Part shown: piece after piece, positions 24,557 to 39,500 of the stretch
Layout of the letters: every line of letters begins with the position of its first letter
How positions within the stretch are numbered: the stretch's first letter is position 1
Assembly (NCBI GenBank): GCA_964016885.1
Contig: OZ024753.1
Location: forward strand, 23,932,001 to 23,996,000
Direction: 5' to 3'
Length of the DNA: 64,000 bases
DNA from: Eledone cirrhosa
Lineage: Eukaryota
Notes under the pieces: generated by a model
The model's input: the letters and a program-made list of their open reading frames with translations, nothing else
The model's database searches: none
Told to the model about the DNA's origin: nothing
Position numbers and translations under genes: made by a program

Positions 24557-27500
24557 TCTCTCTCTCTCTCTCTAGTTATACACACACACGTCTCTATAGT
24601 TACACACACACACACGTCTCTCTAGTTACACACACACACATGTCTCTCTAGTTACACACACACAGAGACGTGTGTGTGTGTAACTAGAGAGACCTGTGTG
24701 TGTGTAACTAGAGAGACGTGTGTGTAACTAGAGAGACATATGTGTGTGTGTAACTAGAGAGACATGTGTGTGTAACTAGAGAGACATATGTGTGTGTGTA
24801 AGTACAGAGACGTGTGTGTGTGTTACTAGAGAGACGTCTGTGTGTGTGTAATTAGAGATACGTGTGTGTGTTTGTTACAAGAGAGACGTGTGTGTGTGTA
24901 ACTTGAAAGACGTGTGTGTGTAACTAGAGAGACGTGTGTGTGTGTAACTTGTGAGACGTGTGTGTATCTAGAGACGAGTGTGTGTGTCACTAGAGAGACG
25001 TGTATGTGTCATTAGAGAGACGTGTGTGTGTGTAACTAGAGAGACGTGTGTGTGTAACTAGAGACACGCATGTGTGTGTAACTAGAGAGACGTGTGTGTG
25101 TAACTAAAGAGTCGTGTGTGGGTGTAACTAGATACGAGAGACGTGTGTGTGTAACTAGAGAGACGTGTGTGTGTGTGTGTGTTACTAGAGAGACTCTGTG
25201 TGTTTGTGACGTAGAGAGACGTGTGTGTGTGTAACTAGAGAGACGTGTGTGTGTGTAAATAGAGAGTCGTGTGTGTGTTACTAGAGAGACGTGAGTGTGT
25301 GTAACTAGAGAGACGTGTGTGTATGTTACTAGAGAGACGTGTGTGCGTAACTAGAGAGACGTGTGTGTGTAACTAGAGACACGCGTGTGTGTGTAACTAG
25401 AGAGACGTGTACGTGTAACTAGAGAGACGTGTGTGTGTGTGTAACTAGAGAGGCGTGTGTGTGTGTTACTAGAGAGACATGTGTGTGTGTAACTTGAGAG
25501 ACGTGTGTGTATGTAACTAGAGAGACGTGTGTGTTTGTTACTAGAGAGACGTCTGTGTGTGTAACTAGAGAGGCGTGTGTGTGTGTCTCACTAGAGAGAC
25601 ATGTATTTAACTAGAGAGACGTCTGTGTGTAACTAGAGAGACGTGTGTGTGTAACTAGAGAGACGTGTGTGTGTGTGTGTAACTAGAGAGACGTGTGTGT
25701 GTAACTATAGACGTGTGTGTGTAACTAGAGAGACGTGTGTGTGTGTGTAACTAGAGAGATGTGTGTGTGTAACTAGAGAGACGTGTGAGTGTAACTAGAG
25801 AGACGTGTGTGTGTAACTAGAAAGACGTTTGTGTGTGTGTTACTAGAGAGACGTGTGTGTGTAACTTGAGAGACGTGTGTGTAACTAGAGAGACGTGTTT
25901 GTGTGTAACTAGAGAGACGTGTGTGTGTGTGTGTAACTAGAGAGATGTGTGTGTAACTAGAGAGACGTGTGTGTGTGTTACACGTCTCTCTAGTTACACA
26001 CAGACACGTCTCTCTAGTTACACAGACACACGTCTCTCTAGTTACACACACACACGTCTCTCTAGTTACACACACACATGTCTCTCTAGTTACACACAGA
26101 GACGTGTGTGTGTGTAACTAGAGAGACCTGTGTGTGTGTAACTAGAGAGACGTGTGTGTAACAAGAGAGACGTGTGTGAAACTAGAGAGACATATGTGTG
26201 TGTGTAACTAGAGAGACGTGTGTGTGTGTGTAATTAGAGAGAAATATGTGTGTGTGTAACTAGAGAGACGTGTGTGTGTGTGTAACTAGAGAGACGTGTG
26301 TGTGTGTGTTACTAGAGAGACATGTGTGTGTGTAACTTGAGAGACGTGTGTGTATGTAACTAGAGAGACGTGTGTGTTTGTTACTAGAGAGACGTCTGTG
26401 TGTGTAACTAGAGAGACGTGTGTGTGTAACTAGAGAGACGTGTGTGTGTGTGTAACTAGAGAGACGTGTGTGTGTAACTATAGACGTGTGTGTGTAACTA
26501 GAGAGACGTGTGTATGTGTGTAACTAGAGAGACGTGTGTGTGTGTGTAACTAGAGAGACGTGTGTGTGTGTGTTACTACAGAGACATGTGTGTGTGTAAC
26601 TAGAGAGACGTGTGTGTGTATGTTACTAGAGAGACGTGTGTGCGTAACTAGAGAGACGTGTGTGTGTAACTAGAGACACGCGTGTGTGTGTAACTAGAGA
26701 GACGTGTGTGTGTAACTAGAGAGACGTGTGTGTGTGTGTGTGTAACTAGAGAGACGTGTGTGTGTAACTAGAGAGACGTGTGTGTGTGTGTAACTAGAGA
26801 GACGTGTGTGTGTGTTACTAGAGAGACATGTGTGTGTGTAACTTGAGAGACGTGTGTGTATGTAACTAGAGAGACGTGTGTGTTTGTTACTAGAGAGACG
26901 TCTGTGTGTGTAACTAGAGAGGCGTGTGTGTGTGTGTCACTAGAGAGACGTGTATTTAACTAGAGAGACGTATGTGTGTAACTAGAGAGACGTGTGTGTG
27001 TAAATAGAGAGACGTGTGTGTGTGTGTGTAACTAGAGAGACGTGTGTGTGTAACTATAGACGTGTGTGTGTAATTAGAGAGACGTGTGTGTGTGTGTAAC
27101 TAGAGAGACGTGTGTGTGTGTGTAACTAGAGAGACGTGTGAGTGTAACTAGAGAGACGTGTGTGTGTAACTAGAAAGACGTTTGTGTGTGTGTTACTAGA
27201 GAGACGTGTGTGTGTAACTTGAGAGACGTGTGTGTAACTAGAGAGACGTGTTTGTGTGTAAGTAGAGAGACGTGTGTGTGAGTGTGTGTAACTAGAGAGA
27301 TGTGTGTGTGTGTAACTAGAGAGACGTGTGTGTGTGTTACACGTCTCTCTAGTTACACACAGACACGTCTCTCTAGTTACACACACACACGTCTCTCTAG
27401 TTACACACACACACGTCTCTCTAGTTACACACACACATGTCTCTCTAGTTACACACAGAGACGTGTGTGTGTGTAACTAGAGAGACCTGTGTGTGTGTAA

Positions 27501-30500
27501 CTAGAGAGACGTGTGTGTAACTAGAGAGACGTGTGTGAAACTAGAGAGACATATGTGTGTGTGTAACTAGAGAGACGTGTGTGTGTGTGTAACTAGAGAG
27601 ACGTGTGTGTGTGTGTTACTAGAGAGACATGTGTGTGTGTAGCTTGAGAGACGTGTGTGTATGTAACTAGAGAGACGTGTGTGTTTGTTACTAGAGAGAT
27701 GTCTGTGTGTGTAACTAGAGAGACGTGTGTGTGTAACTAGAGAGACGTGTGTGTGTGTGTAACTAGAGAGACGTGTGTGTGTAACTATAGACGTGTGTGT
27801 GTAACTAGAGAGACGTGTGTGTGTGTGTAACTAGAGAGACGTCTGTGTGTGTGTGTAACTAGAGAGACGTGTGAGTGTAACTAGAGAGACGTGTGGGTGT
27901 AACTAGAAAGACGTTTGTGTGTGTGTTACTAGAGAGACGTGTGTGTGTAACTTGAGAGACGTGTGTGTAACTAGAGAGACGTGTTTGTGTGTAACTAGAG
28001 AGACGTGTGTGTGTGTGTAACTAAAGAGATGTGTGTGTGTGTAACTAGAGAGACGTGTGTGTGTGTTACACGTCTCTCTAGTTACACACACACACGTCTC
28101 TCTAGTTACACACACACACTTCTCTCTAATTACACACACACACGTCTCTCTAGTTACACACACACATGTCTCTCTAGTTATACACACACAGAGACGTGTG
28201 TGTGTGTAACTAGAGAGACCTGTGTGTGTGTAACTGGAGAGACGTGTGTGTAACTAGAGAGACGTGTGGGTAAGTAGAGAGACATATGTGTGTGTGTAAC
28301 TAGAGAGACGTGCGTGTGTGTGTAATTAGAGAGAAATATGTGTGTGTGTAACTAGAGAGACGTGTGTATGTGTGTAACTAGAGAGACGTGTGTGTGTGTG
28401 TAACTAGAGAGACGTGTATGTGTGTAACTTGTGAGACGTGTGTGTATCTAGAGACGAGTGTGTGTGTCACTAGAGAGACGTGTATGTGTCATTAGAGAGA
28501 CGTGTGTGTGTGTAACTAGAGACACGCATGTGTGTGTAACTAGAGAGACGTGTGTGTGTAACTAAAGAGTCGTGTGTGGGTGTAACTAGATACGAGAGAC
28601 GTGTGTGTGTAGCTAGAGAGACGTGTGTGTGTGTGTGTGTTACTAGAGAGACTCTGTGTGTTTGTGACTAGAGAGACGTGTGTGTGTGTAACTAGAGAGA
28701 CGTGTGTGTGTGTAAATAGAGAGTCGTGTGTGTGTTACTAGAGAGACGTGAGTGTGTGTAACTAGAGAGACGTGTGTGTATGTTACTAGAGAGACGTGTG
28801 TGCGTAACTAGAGAGACGTGTGTGTGTAACTAGAGACACGCGTGTGTGTGTAACTAGAGAGCCGTGTATGTGTAACTAGAGAGACGTGTGTGTTTGTTAC
28901 TAGAGAGATGTCTGTGTGTGTAACTAGAGAGACGTGTGTGTGTAACTATAGACGTGTGTGTGTAACTAGAGAGACGTGTGTGTGTGTGTAACTAGAGAGA
29001 CGTCTGTGTGTGTGTGTAACTAGAGAGACGTGTGAGTGTAACTAGAGAGACGTGTGGGTGTAACTAGAAAGACGTTTGTGTGTGTGTTACTAGAGAGACG
29101 TGTGTGTGTAACTTGAGAGACGTGTGTGTAACTAGAGAGACGTGTTTGTGTGTAACTAGAGAGACGTGTGTGTGTGTGTAACTAAAGAGATGTGTGTGTG
29201 TGTAACTAGAGAGACGTGTGTGTGTGTTACACGTCTCTCTAGTTACACACACACACGTCTCTCTAGTTACACACACACACGTCTCTCTAATTACACACAC
29301 ACACGTCTCTCTAGTTACACACACACATGTCTCTCTAGTTATACACACACAGAGACGTGTGTGTGTGTAACTAGAGAGACCTGTGTGTGTGTAACTAGAG
29401 AGACGTGTGTGTAACTAGAGAGACGTGTGTGTAAGTAGAGAGACATATGTGTGTGTGTAACTAGAGAGACGTGCGTGTGTGTGTAATTAGAGAGAAATAT
29501 GTGTGTGTGTAACTAGAGTGACGTGTGTATGTGTGTAACTAGAGAGACGTGTGTGTGTGTGTAACTAGAGAGACGTGTGTGTGTGTAACTTGTGAGACGT
29601 GTGTGTATCTAGAGACGAGTGTGTGTGTCACTAGAGAGACGTGTTTGTGTCATTAGAGAGACGTGTGTGTGTGTAACTAGAGACACGCATGTGTGTGTAA
29701 CTAGAGAGACGTGTGTGTGTAACTAAAGAGTCGTTTGTGGGTGTAACTAGATACGAGAGACGTGTGTGTGTAACTAGAGAGACGTGTGTGTGTGTGTGTG
29801 TTACTAGAGAGACTCTGTGTGTTTGTGACTAGAGAGACGTGTGTGTGTGTAACTAGAGAGACGTGTGTGTGTGTAAATAGAGAGTCGTGTGTGTGTTACT
29901 AGAGAGACGTGAGTGTGTGTAACTAGAGAGACGTGTGTGTATGTTACTAGAGAGACGTGTGTGCGTAACTAGAGAGACGTGTGTGTGTAACTAGAGACAC
30001 GCGTGTGTGTGTAACTAGAGAGCCGTGTATGTGTAACTAGAGAGACGTGTGTGTGTGTGTAACTAGAGAGGCGTGTGTGTGTGTTACTAGAGAGACATGT
30101 GTGTGTGTAACTTGAGAGACGTGTGTGTATGTAACTAGAGAGACGTGTGTGTTTGTTACTAGAGAGACGTCTGTGTGTGTAACTAGAGAGGCGTGTGTGT
30201 GTGTGTCACTAGAGAGACGTGTATTTAACTAGAGAGACGTCTGTGTGTAACTAGAGAGACGTGTGTGTGTAACTAGAGAGACGTGTGTGTGTGTGTGTAA
30301 CTAGAGAGACGTGTGTGTGTAACTATAGACGTGTGTGTGTAACTAGAGAGACGTGTGTGTGTGTGTAACTAGAGAGACGTGTGTGTGTGTGTAACTAGAG
30401 AGACGTGTGAGTGTAACTAGAGAGACGTGTGTGTGTAACTAGAAAGACGTTTGTGTGTGTGTTACTAGAGAGACGTGTGTGTGTAACTTGAGAGACGTGT

Positions 30501-33500
30501 GTGTAACTAGAGAGACGTGTTTGTGTGTAACTAGAGAGATGTGTGTGTGTGTGTGTGTAACTAGAGAGATGTGTGTGTAACTAGAGAGACGTGTGTGTGT
30601 GTTACACGTCTCTCTAGTTACACACAGACACGTCTCTCTAGTTACACACACACACGTCTCTCTAGTTACACACACACACGTCTCTCTAGTTACACACACA
30701 CATGTCTCTCTAGTTACACACAGAGACGTGTGTGTGTGTAACTAGAGAGACCTGTGTGTGTGTAACTAGAGAGACGTGTGTGTAACTAGAGAGTCGTGTG
30801 TGAAACTAGAGAGACATATGTGTGTGTGTAACTAGAGAGACGTGTGTGTGTGTGTAATTAGAGAGAAATATGTGTGTGTGTAACTAGAGAGACGTGTGTG
30901 TGTGTGTAACTAGAGAGACGTGTGTGTGTGTGTTACTAGAGAGACATGTGTGTGTGTAACTTGAGAGACGTGTGTGTATGTAACTAGAGAGACGTGTGTG
31001 TTTGTTACTAGAGAGACGTCTGTGTGTGTAAGTAGAGAGACGTGTGTGTGTTACTAGAGAGACATGTGTGTGTGTAACTTGAGAGACGTGTGTGTATGTA
31101 ACTAGAGAGACGTGTGTGTTTGTTACTAGAGAGACGTCTGTGTGTGTAACTAGAGAGACGTGTGAGTGTAACTAGAGAGACGTGTGTGTGTAACTAGAAA
31201 GACGTTTGTGTGTGTGTTACTAGAGAGACGTGTGTGTGTAACTTGAGAGACGTGTGTGTAACTAGAGAGACGTGTTTGTGTGTAACTAGAGAGACGTGTG
31301 TGTGTGTGTGTGTAACTAAAGAGATGTGTGTGTGTGTAACTAGAGAGACGTGTGTGTGTGTTACACGTCTCTCTAGTTACACACACACACGTCTCTCTAA
31401 TTACACACACACGCGTCTCTCTAGTTACACACACACATGTCTCTCTAGTTACACACACACAGAGACGTGTGTGTGTGTAACTAGAGAGACCTGTGTGTGT
31501 GTAACTAGAGAGACGTGTGTGTAACTAGAGAGACGTGTGTGTAAGTAGAGAGACATATGTGTGTGTAACTAGAGAGACGTGCGTGTGGGTGTAATTAGAG
31601 AGAAATATGTGTGTGTGTAACTAGAGAGACGTGTGTATGTGTGTAACTAGAGAGACGTGTGTGTGTGTGTAACTAGAGAGACGTGTGTGTGTGTGTTACT
31701 ACAGAGACATGTGTGTGTGTAACTAGAGAGACGTGTGTGTGTATGTTACTAGAGAGACGTGTGTGCGTAACTAGAGAGACGTGTGTGTGTAACTAGAGAC
31801 ACGCGTGTGTGTGTAACTAGAGAGACGTGTGTGTGTAACTAGAGAGACGTGTGTGTGTGTGTATGTAACTAGCGAGACGTGTGTGTGTAACTAGAGAGAC
31901 GTGTGTGTGTGTGTAACTAGAGAGACGTGTGTGTGTGTTACTAGAGAGACATGTGTGTGTGTAACTTGAGAGACCTGTGTGTATGTAACTAGAGAGACGT
32001 GTGTGTTTGTTACTAGAGAGACGTCTGTGTGTGTAACTATAGAGGCGTGTGTGTGTGTGTCACTAGAGAGACGTGTATTTAACTAGAGAGACGTATGTGT
32101 GTAACTAGAGAGACGTGTGTGTGTAACTAGAGAGACGTGTGTGTGTGTGTGTAACTAGAGAGACGTGTATGTGTAACTATAGACGTGTGTGTGTAACTAG
32201 AGAGACGTGTGTGTGTGTGTAACTAGAGAGACGTGTGTGTGTGTGTAACTAGAGAGACGTGTGAGTGTAACTAGAGAGACGTGTGTGTGTAACTAGAAAG
32301 ACGTTTGTGTGTGTGTTACTAGAGAGACGTGTGTGTGTAACTTGAGAGACGTGTGTGTAACTAGAGAGACGTGTTTGTGTGTAAGTAGAGAGACGTGTGT
32401 GTGTGTGTGTGTAACTAGAGAGATGTGTGTGTGTGTAACTAGAGAGACGTGTGTGTGTGTTACACGTTTCTCTAGTTACACACAGACACGTCTCTCTAGT
32501 TACACACACACACGTCTCTCTAGTTACACACACACACGTCTCTCTAGTTACACACACACATGTCTCTCTAGTTACACACAGAGAGGTGTGTGTGTCTAAC
32601 TAGAGAGACCTGTGTGTGTGTAACTAAAGAGACGTGTGTGTAACTAGAGAGACGTGTGTGAAACTAGAGAGACATATGTGTGTGTGTAACTAGAGAGACG
32701 TGTGTGTGTGTGTAACTAGAGAGACGTGTGTGTGTGTGTTACTAGAGAGACATGTGTGTGTGTAACTTGAGAGACGTGTGTGTATGTAACTAGAGAGACG
32801 TGTGTGTTTGTTACTAGAGAGATGTCTGTGTGTGTAACTAGAGAGACGTGTGTGTGTAACTAGAGAGACGTGTGTGTGTGTGTAACTAGAGAGACGTGTG
32901 TGTGTAACTATAGACGTGTGTGTGTAACTAGAGAGACGTGTGTGTGTGTGTAACTAGAGAGACGTCTGTGTGTGTGTGTAACTAGAGAGACGTGTGAGTG
33001 TAACTAGAGAGACGTGTTTGTGTGTAACTAGAAAGACGTTTGTGTGTGTGTTACTAGAGAGACGTGTGTGTGTAACTTGAGAGACGTGTGTGTAACTAGA
33101 GAGACGTGTTTGTGTGTAACTAGAGAGACGTGTGTGTGTGTGTAACAAAAGAGATGTGTGTGTGTGTAACTAGAGAGACGTGTGTGTGTGTTACACGTCT
33201 CTCTAGTTACACACACACACGTCTCTCTAGTTACACACACACACGTCTCTCTAATTACACACACACACGTCTCTCTAGTTACACACACACATGTCTCTCT
33301 AGTTATACACACACAGAGACGTGTGTGTGTGTAACTAGGGAGACCTGTGTGTGTGTAACTAGAGAGACGTGTGTGTAACTAGAGAGACGTGTGTGTAAGT
33401 AGAGAGACATATGTGTGTGTGTAACTAGAGAGACGTGCGTGTGTGTGTAATTAGAGAGAAATATGTGTGTGTGTAACTAAAGAGACGTGTGTATGTGTGT

Positions 33501-36500
33501 AACTAGAGAGACGTGTGTGTGTGTGTAACTAGAGAGACGTGTGTGTGTGTGTTACTACAGAGACATGTGTGTGTGTAACTAGAGACACGCGTGTGTGTGT
33601 AACTAGAGAGACGTGTGTGTGTAACTAGAGAGACGTGTGTGTGTGTGTGTGTAACTAGAGAGACGTGTGTGTGTGTTACTAGAGAGACATGTGTGTATGT
33701 AACTAGAGAGACGTGTGTGTTTGTTACTAGAGAGACGTCTGTGTGTGTAACTAGAGAGACGTGTGTGTGTGTGTGTCACTAGAGAGACGTGTATTTAACT
33801 AGAGAGACGCCTGTGTGTAACTAGATAGACGTGTGTGTGTAACTAGAGAGACGTGTGTGTGTGTGTGTGTGTAACTAGAGAGACGTATGTGTGTAACTAT
33901 AGACGTGTGTGTCTAACTAGAGAGACGTGTGTGTGTGTGACTAGAGAGACGTGTGTGTGTGTGTAACTAGAGAGACGTCTGAGTGTAACTAGAGAGACGT
34001 CTGTGTGTATCTAGAAAGACGTTTGTGTGTGTGTTACTAGAGAGACGTGTGGGTGTAACTTGAGAGACGTGTGTGTAACTAGAGAGACGTGTTTGTGTGT
34101 AACTAGAAAGACGTGTGTGTGTGTGTGTTACTAGAGAGATGTGTCTGTGTGTAACTAGAGAGATGTGTGTGTGTGTAAAAAGAGAGACGTGTGTGTGTGT
34201 TACACGTCTCTCTAGTTACACACATAAACGTCTCTCTAGTTACACACACACACGTCTCTCTAGCTACACACACACACGTCTCTCTAGTTACACACACACA
34301 TGTCTCTCTAGTTACACACAGAGACGTGCGTGTGTGTAACTAGAGAGACCTGTGTGTGTGTAACTAGAGAGACGTGTGTGTAACTAGAGAGACGTGTGTG
34401 TGTGTGTAATTAGAGAGAAATGTGTGTGTGTGTAACTAGAGAGACGTGTGTGTGTGTGTAACTAGAGAGACGTGTATGTGTGTGTTACTAGAGAGACATG
34501 TGTGTGTGTAACTTGAGAGACGTGTGTGTATGTAACTAGAGAGACGTGTGTGTTTGTTACTAGAGAGACGTGTGTGTGTGTGTCACTAGAGAGACGTGTA
34601 TTTAACTAGAGAGACGTCTGTGTGTAACTAGAGAGACGTGTGTGTGTAACTAGAGAGACGTGTGTGTGTGTGTGTGTAACTAGAGAGACGTGTGTGTGTA
34701 ACTAGATAGACGTGTGTGTGTGTGTAACTAGAGAGACGTTTGTGTGTGTGTAACTAGAGAGACGTATGAGTGTAACAAGAGAGACGTGTGTGTGTAACTA
34801 GAAAGACGTGTGTGTGTGTGTAACTAGAGAGACGTGTGTGTGTAACTAGAGACGTGTGTGTGTAACTAGAGAGACGTGTGTGTGTGTGTAACTAGAGAGA
34901 CGTGTGTATGTGTGTAACTAGAGAGACGTGTGTGTGTGTGTAAATAGAGAGACGTGTGTGTTTGTTACTAGAGAGACGTCTGTGTGTGTAACTAGAGAGA
35001 CGTGTGTGTGTAACTAGAGAGACGTGTGTGTGTGTGTGTGTGTGTAACTAGAGAGACGTGTGAGTGTGTAACTAGAGAGACGTGTGTGTGTAACTAGACA
35101 GACGTGTGTGTGTGTGTGTAACTAGAGAGACGTCTGTGTGTGTGTAACTAGAGAGACGTGTGAGTGTAACTAGAGAGACGTGTGTGTGTAACTAGAAAGA
35201 CGTTTGTGTGTGTGTTACTAGAGAGACGTGTGTGTGTAACTTGAGAGACGTGTGTGTAACTAGAGAGACGTGTTTGTGTGTAACTAGAGAGACGTGTGTG
35301 TGTGTGTGTGTAACTAGAGAGATGTGTGTGTGTAACTAGAGAGACGTGTGTGTCTGTTACACGTCTCTCTAGTTAGACACACACACGTCTCTCTAGTTAC
35401 ACACACACACGTCTCTCTAATTACACACACACACGTCTCTCTAGTTACACACACACATGTTTCTCTAGTTACACACACACAGAGACGTGTGTGTGTGTGT
35501 AACTAGAGAGACATATGTGTGTGTAACTAGAGAGACATGTGTGTAACTAGAGAGACATGTGTGTAAGTAGAGAGACATATGTGTGTGTGTAACTAGAGAG
35601 ACGTGTGTGTGTGTGTAATTAGAGAGAAATATGTGTGTGTGTAACTAGAGAGACGTGTGTATGTGTGTAAGTAGAGAGACGTGTGTGTGTGTGTAACTAG
35701 AGAGACGTGTGTGTGTTACTAGAGAGACATGTGTGTGTGTAACTAGAGAGACGTGTGTGTGTATGTTACTAGAGAGACGTGTGTGCGTAACTAGAGAGAC
35801 GTGTGTGTGTAACTAGAGACACGCGTGTGTGTGTAACTAGAGAGACGTGTGTGTGTAACTAGAGAGACGTGTGTGTGTGTGTGTAACTAGAGAGACGTGT
35901 GTGTGTATGTTACTAGAGAGACATGTGTGTGTGTAACTTGAGAGACGTGTGTGTACGTAACTAGAGAGACGTGTGCGTTTGTTACTAGAGAGACGTCTGT
36001 GTGTGTAACTAGAGAGACGTGTGTGTGTGTGTGTGTAACTAGAGGGACGTGGGTGTGAAACTATAGACGTGTGTGTGTAACTAGAGAGACGTGTGTGTGT
36101 GTGTAACTAGAGAGACGTCTGTGTGTAACTAGAAAGACGTTTGTGTGTGTGTTACTAGAGAGACGTGTGTGTGTAACTTGAGAGACGTGTATGTAACTAG
36201 AGAGACGTGTTTGTGTGTAACTAGAAAGACGTGTGTGTGTGTGTGTGTAACTAGAGAGACGTGTGTGTGTGTTACACGTCTCTCTAGTTACACACACACG
36301 TCTCTCTAGTTACACACACACACGTCTCTCCAGTTACACACACATGTCTCTCTAGTTACACACAGAGACGTGCGTGTGTGTAACTAGAGAGACCTGTGTG
36401 TGTGTAACTAGAGAGACGTGTGTGTAACTAGAGAGACGTGTGTGTAACTAGAGAGACATATGTGTGTGTGTAACTAGAGAGACGTGTGTGTGTGTGTAAT

Positions 36501-39500
36501 TAGAGAGAAATATGTGTGTGTGTAACTAGAGAGACGTGTGTGTGTGTGTAACTAGAGAGACGTGTATGTGTGTGTTACTAGAGAGACATGTGTGTGTGTA
36601 ACTTGAGAGACGTGTGTGTATGTAACTAGAGAGACGTTTGTGTTTGTTACTAGAGAGACGTCTGTGTGTGTAACTAGAGAGACGTGTGTGTGTAACTAGA
36701 CAGACGTATGTGTGTGTGTGTGTGTGTAACTAGAGAGACGTGTGTGTGTAACTAGACATACGTGTGTGTGTGTGTAACTAGAGAGACGTGTGAGTGTAAC
36801 AAGAGAGATGTGTGTGTGTAACTAGAAAGACGTTTGTGTGTGTGTTACTAGAGAGACGTGTGTGTGTAACTTGAGAGACGTGTGTGTAACTAGAGAGACG
36901 TATTTGTGTGTAACTAGAGAGACGTGTGTGTGTGTGTGTGTGTGTAAGTAGAGAGACGTGTGTGTGTGTAACTAGAGAGACGTGTAACACACACACACGT
37001 CTCTCTAGTTACACACACACACGTCTCTCTAATTACACACACACACGTCTCTCTAGTTACACACACACATGTCTCTCTAGTTACACACACACAGAGACGT
37101 GTGTGTGTGTAACTAGAGAGACCTGTGTGTGTGTCACTAGAGAGACGTGTGTGTAACTAGAGAGACGTGTGTGTAAGTAGAGAGACATATGTGTGTGTGT
37201 AACTTGAGAGACGTGTGTGTGTGTGTAATTAGAGAGAAATATGTGTGTGTGTAACTAGAGAGACGTGTGTATGTGTGTAACTAGAGAGACGTGTGTGTGT
37301 GTGTTACTAGACAGACATGTGTGTGTGTAACTAGAGAGACGTGTGTGTGTATGTTACTAGAGAGACGTGTGTGCGTAACTACAGAGACGTGTGTGTGTAA
37401 CTAGAGACACGCGTGTGTGTGTCACTAGAGAGACGTGTGTGTGTAACTAGAGAGACGTGTGTGTGTGTGTAACTAGAGAGACGTGTGTGTGTGTGTTACT
37501 AGAGAAACATGTGTGTGTGTAACTTGAGAGACGTGTGTGTATGTAACTAGAGAGACGTGAGTGTTTGTTACTAGAGAGACGTCTGTGTGTGTAACTAGAG
37601 AGACGTGTGTGTGTGTGTCACTAGAGAGACGTGTATTTAACTAGAGAGACGTCTGTGTGTAACTAGAGAGACGTGTGTGTGTAACTAGAGAGACGTGTGT
37701 GTGTGTAACTAGAGAGACGTGTGTGTGTAACTATAGACGTGTGTGTGTAACTAGAGAGACGTGTGTGTGTGTGTAACTAGAGAGACGTGTGTGTGTGTGT
37801 AACTAGAGAGACGTGTGTGTGTGTGTAACTAGAGAGACGTGTGAGTGTAACTAGAGAGACGTGTGTGTGTAACTAGAGAGACGTGCGTGTGTGTGTAACT
37901 AGAGAGACGTGTGTGTGTGTGTAACTAGAGAGACGTATGAGTGTAACAAGAGAGACGTGTGTGTGTAACTAGAAAGACGTGTGTGTGTGTGTAACTAGAG
38001 AGACGTGTGTGTGTAACTAGAGACGTGTGTGTGTAACTAGAGAGACGTGTGTGTGTGTGTAACTAGAGAGACGTGTGTATGTGTGTAACTAGAGAGACGT
38101 GTGTGTGTGTGTAAATAGAGAGACGTGTGAATCTAACTAGAGAGACGTGTGTGTGTAACTAGAAAGACGTTTGTGTGTGTGTAACTAGAGAGACATGTGT
38201 GTGTAAATATAGACGTGTGTGTGTAACTAGAGAGACGTGTGTGTGTGCGTAACTAGAGAGACGTGTGTGTGTGTAAATAGAGAGACGTGTGAGTCTAACT
38301 AGAGAGACGTGTGTGTGTAACTAGAAAGACGTTTGTGTGTGTTACTAGAGAGACATGTGTGTGTAACTTGAGAGACGTGTGTGTAACTAGAGAGACGTGT
38401 TTGTGTGTAACTAGAGAGACGTGTGTGTGTGTGTGTGTAACTAGAGAGATGTGTGTGTGTGTAACTAGAGAGACGTGTGTGTGTGTTACACGTCTCTCTA
38501 GTTACAAACAGACACGTCTCTCTAGTTACACACACACACGTCTCTCTAGTTACACACACACACACGTCTCTCTAGTTACACACACACATGTCTCTCTAGT
38601 TACACACACACAGAGACGTGTGTGTGTGTAACTAGAGAGACGTGTGTGTAACTAGAGAGACATATGTGTGTGTGTAACTAGAGAGACGTGTGTGTGTGTG
38701 TAATTAGAGAGAAATATGTGTGTGTGTAACTAGAGAGACGTGTGTGTGTGTAGCTAGAGAGACGTGTGTGTGTGTGTTACTAGAGAGACATGTGTGTGTG
38801 TAACTTGAGAGACGTGTGTGTATCTAACTAGAGAGACGTGTGTGTTTGTTACTAGAGAGACGTCTGTGTGTGTAACTAGAGAGACGTGTGTGTGTAACTA
38901 GAGAGACGTGTGTGTGTGTGTGTGTAACTAGAGAGACGTGTGAGTGTGTAACTAGAGAGACGTGTGTGTGTAACTAGACAGACGTGTGTGTGTGTGTGTA
39001 ACTAGAGAGACGTCTGTGTGTGTGTAACTAGAGAGACGTGTGAGTGTAACTAGAGAGACGTGTGTGTGTAACTAGAAAGACGTTTGTGTGTGTGTTACTA
39101 GAGAGACGTGTGTGTGTAACTTGAGAGACGTGTGTGTAACTAGAGAGACGTGTTTGTGTGTAACTAGAGAGACGTGTGTGTGTGTGTGTGTAACTAGAGA
39201 GATGTGTGTGTGTAACTAGAGAGACGTGTGTGTGTGTTACACGTCTCTCTAGTTAGACACACACACGTCTCTCTAGTTACACACACACACGTCTCTCTAA
39301 GTACACACACACACGTCTCTCTAGTTACACACACACATGTTTCTCTAGTTACACACACACAGAGACGTGTGTGTGTGTGTAACTAGAGAGACATATGTGT
39401 GTGTAACTAGAGAGACGTGTGTGTAACTAGAGAGACATGTGTGTAAGTAGAGAGACATATGTGTGTGTGTAACTAGAGAGACGTGTGTGTGTGTGTAATT

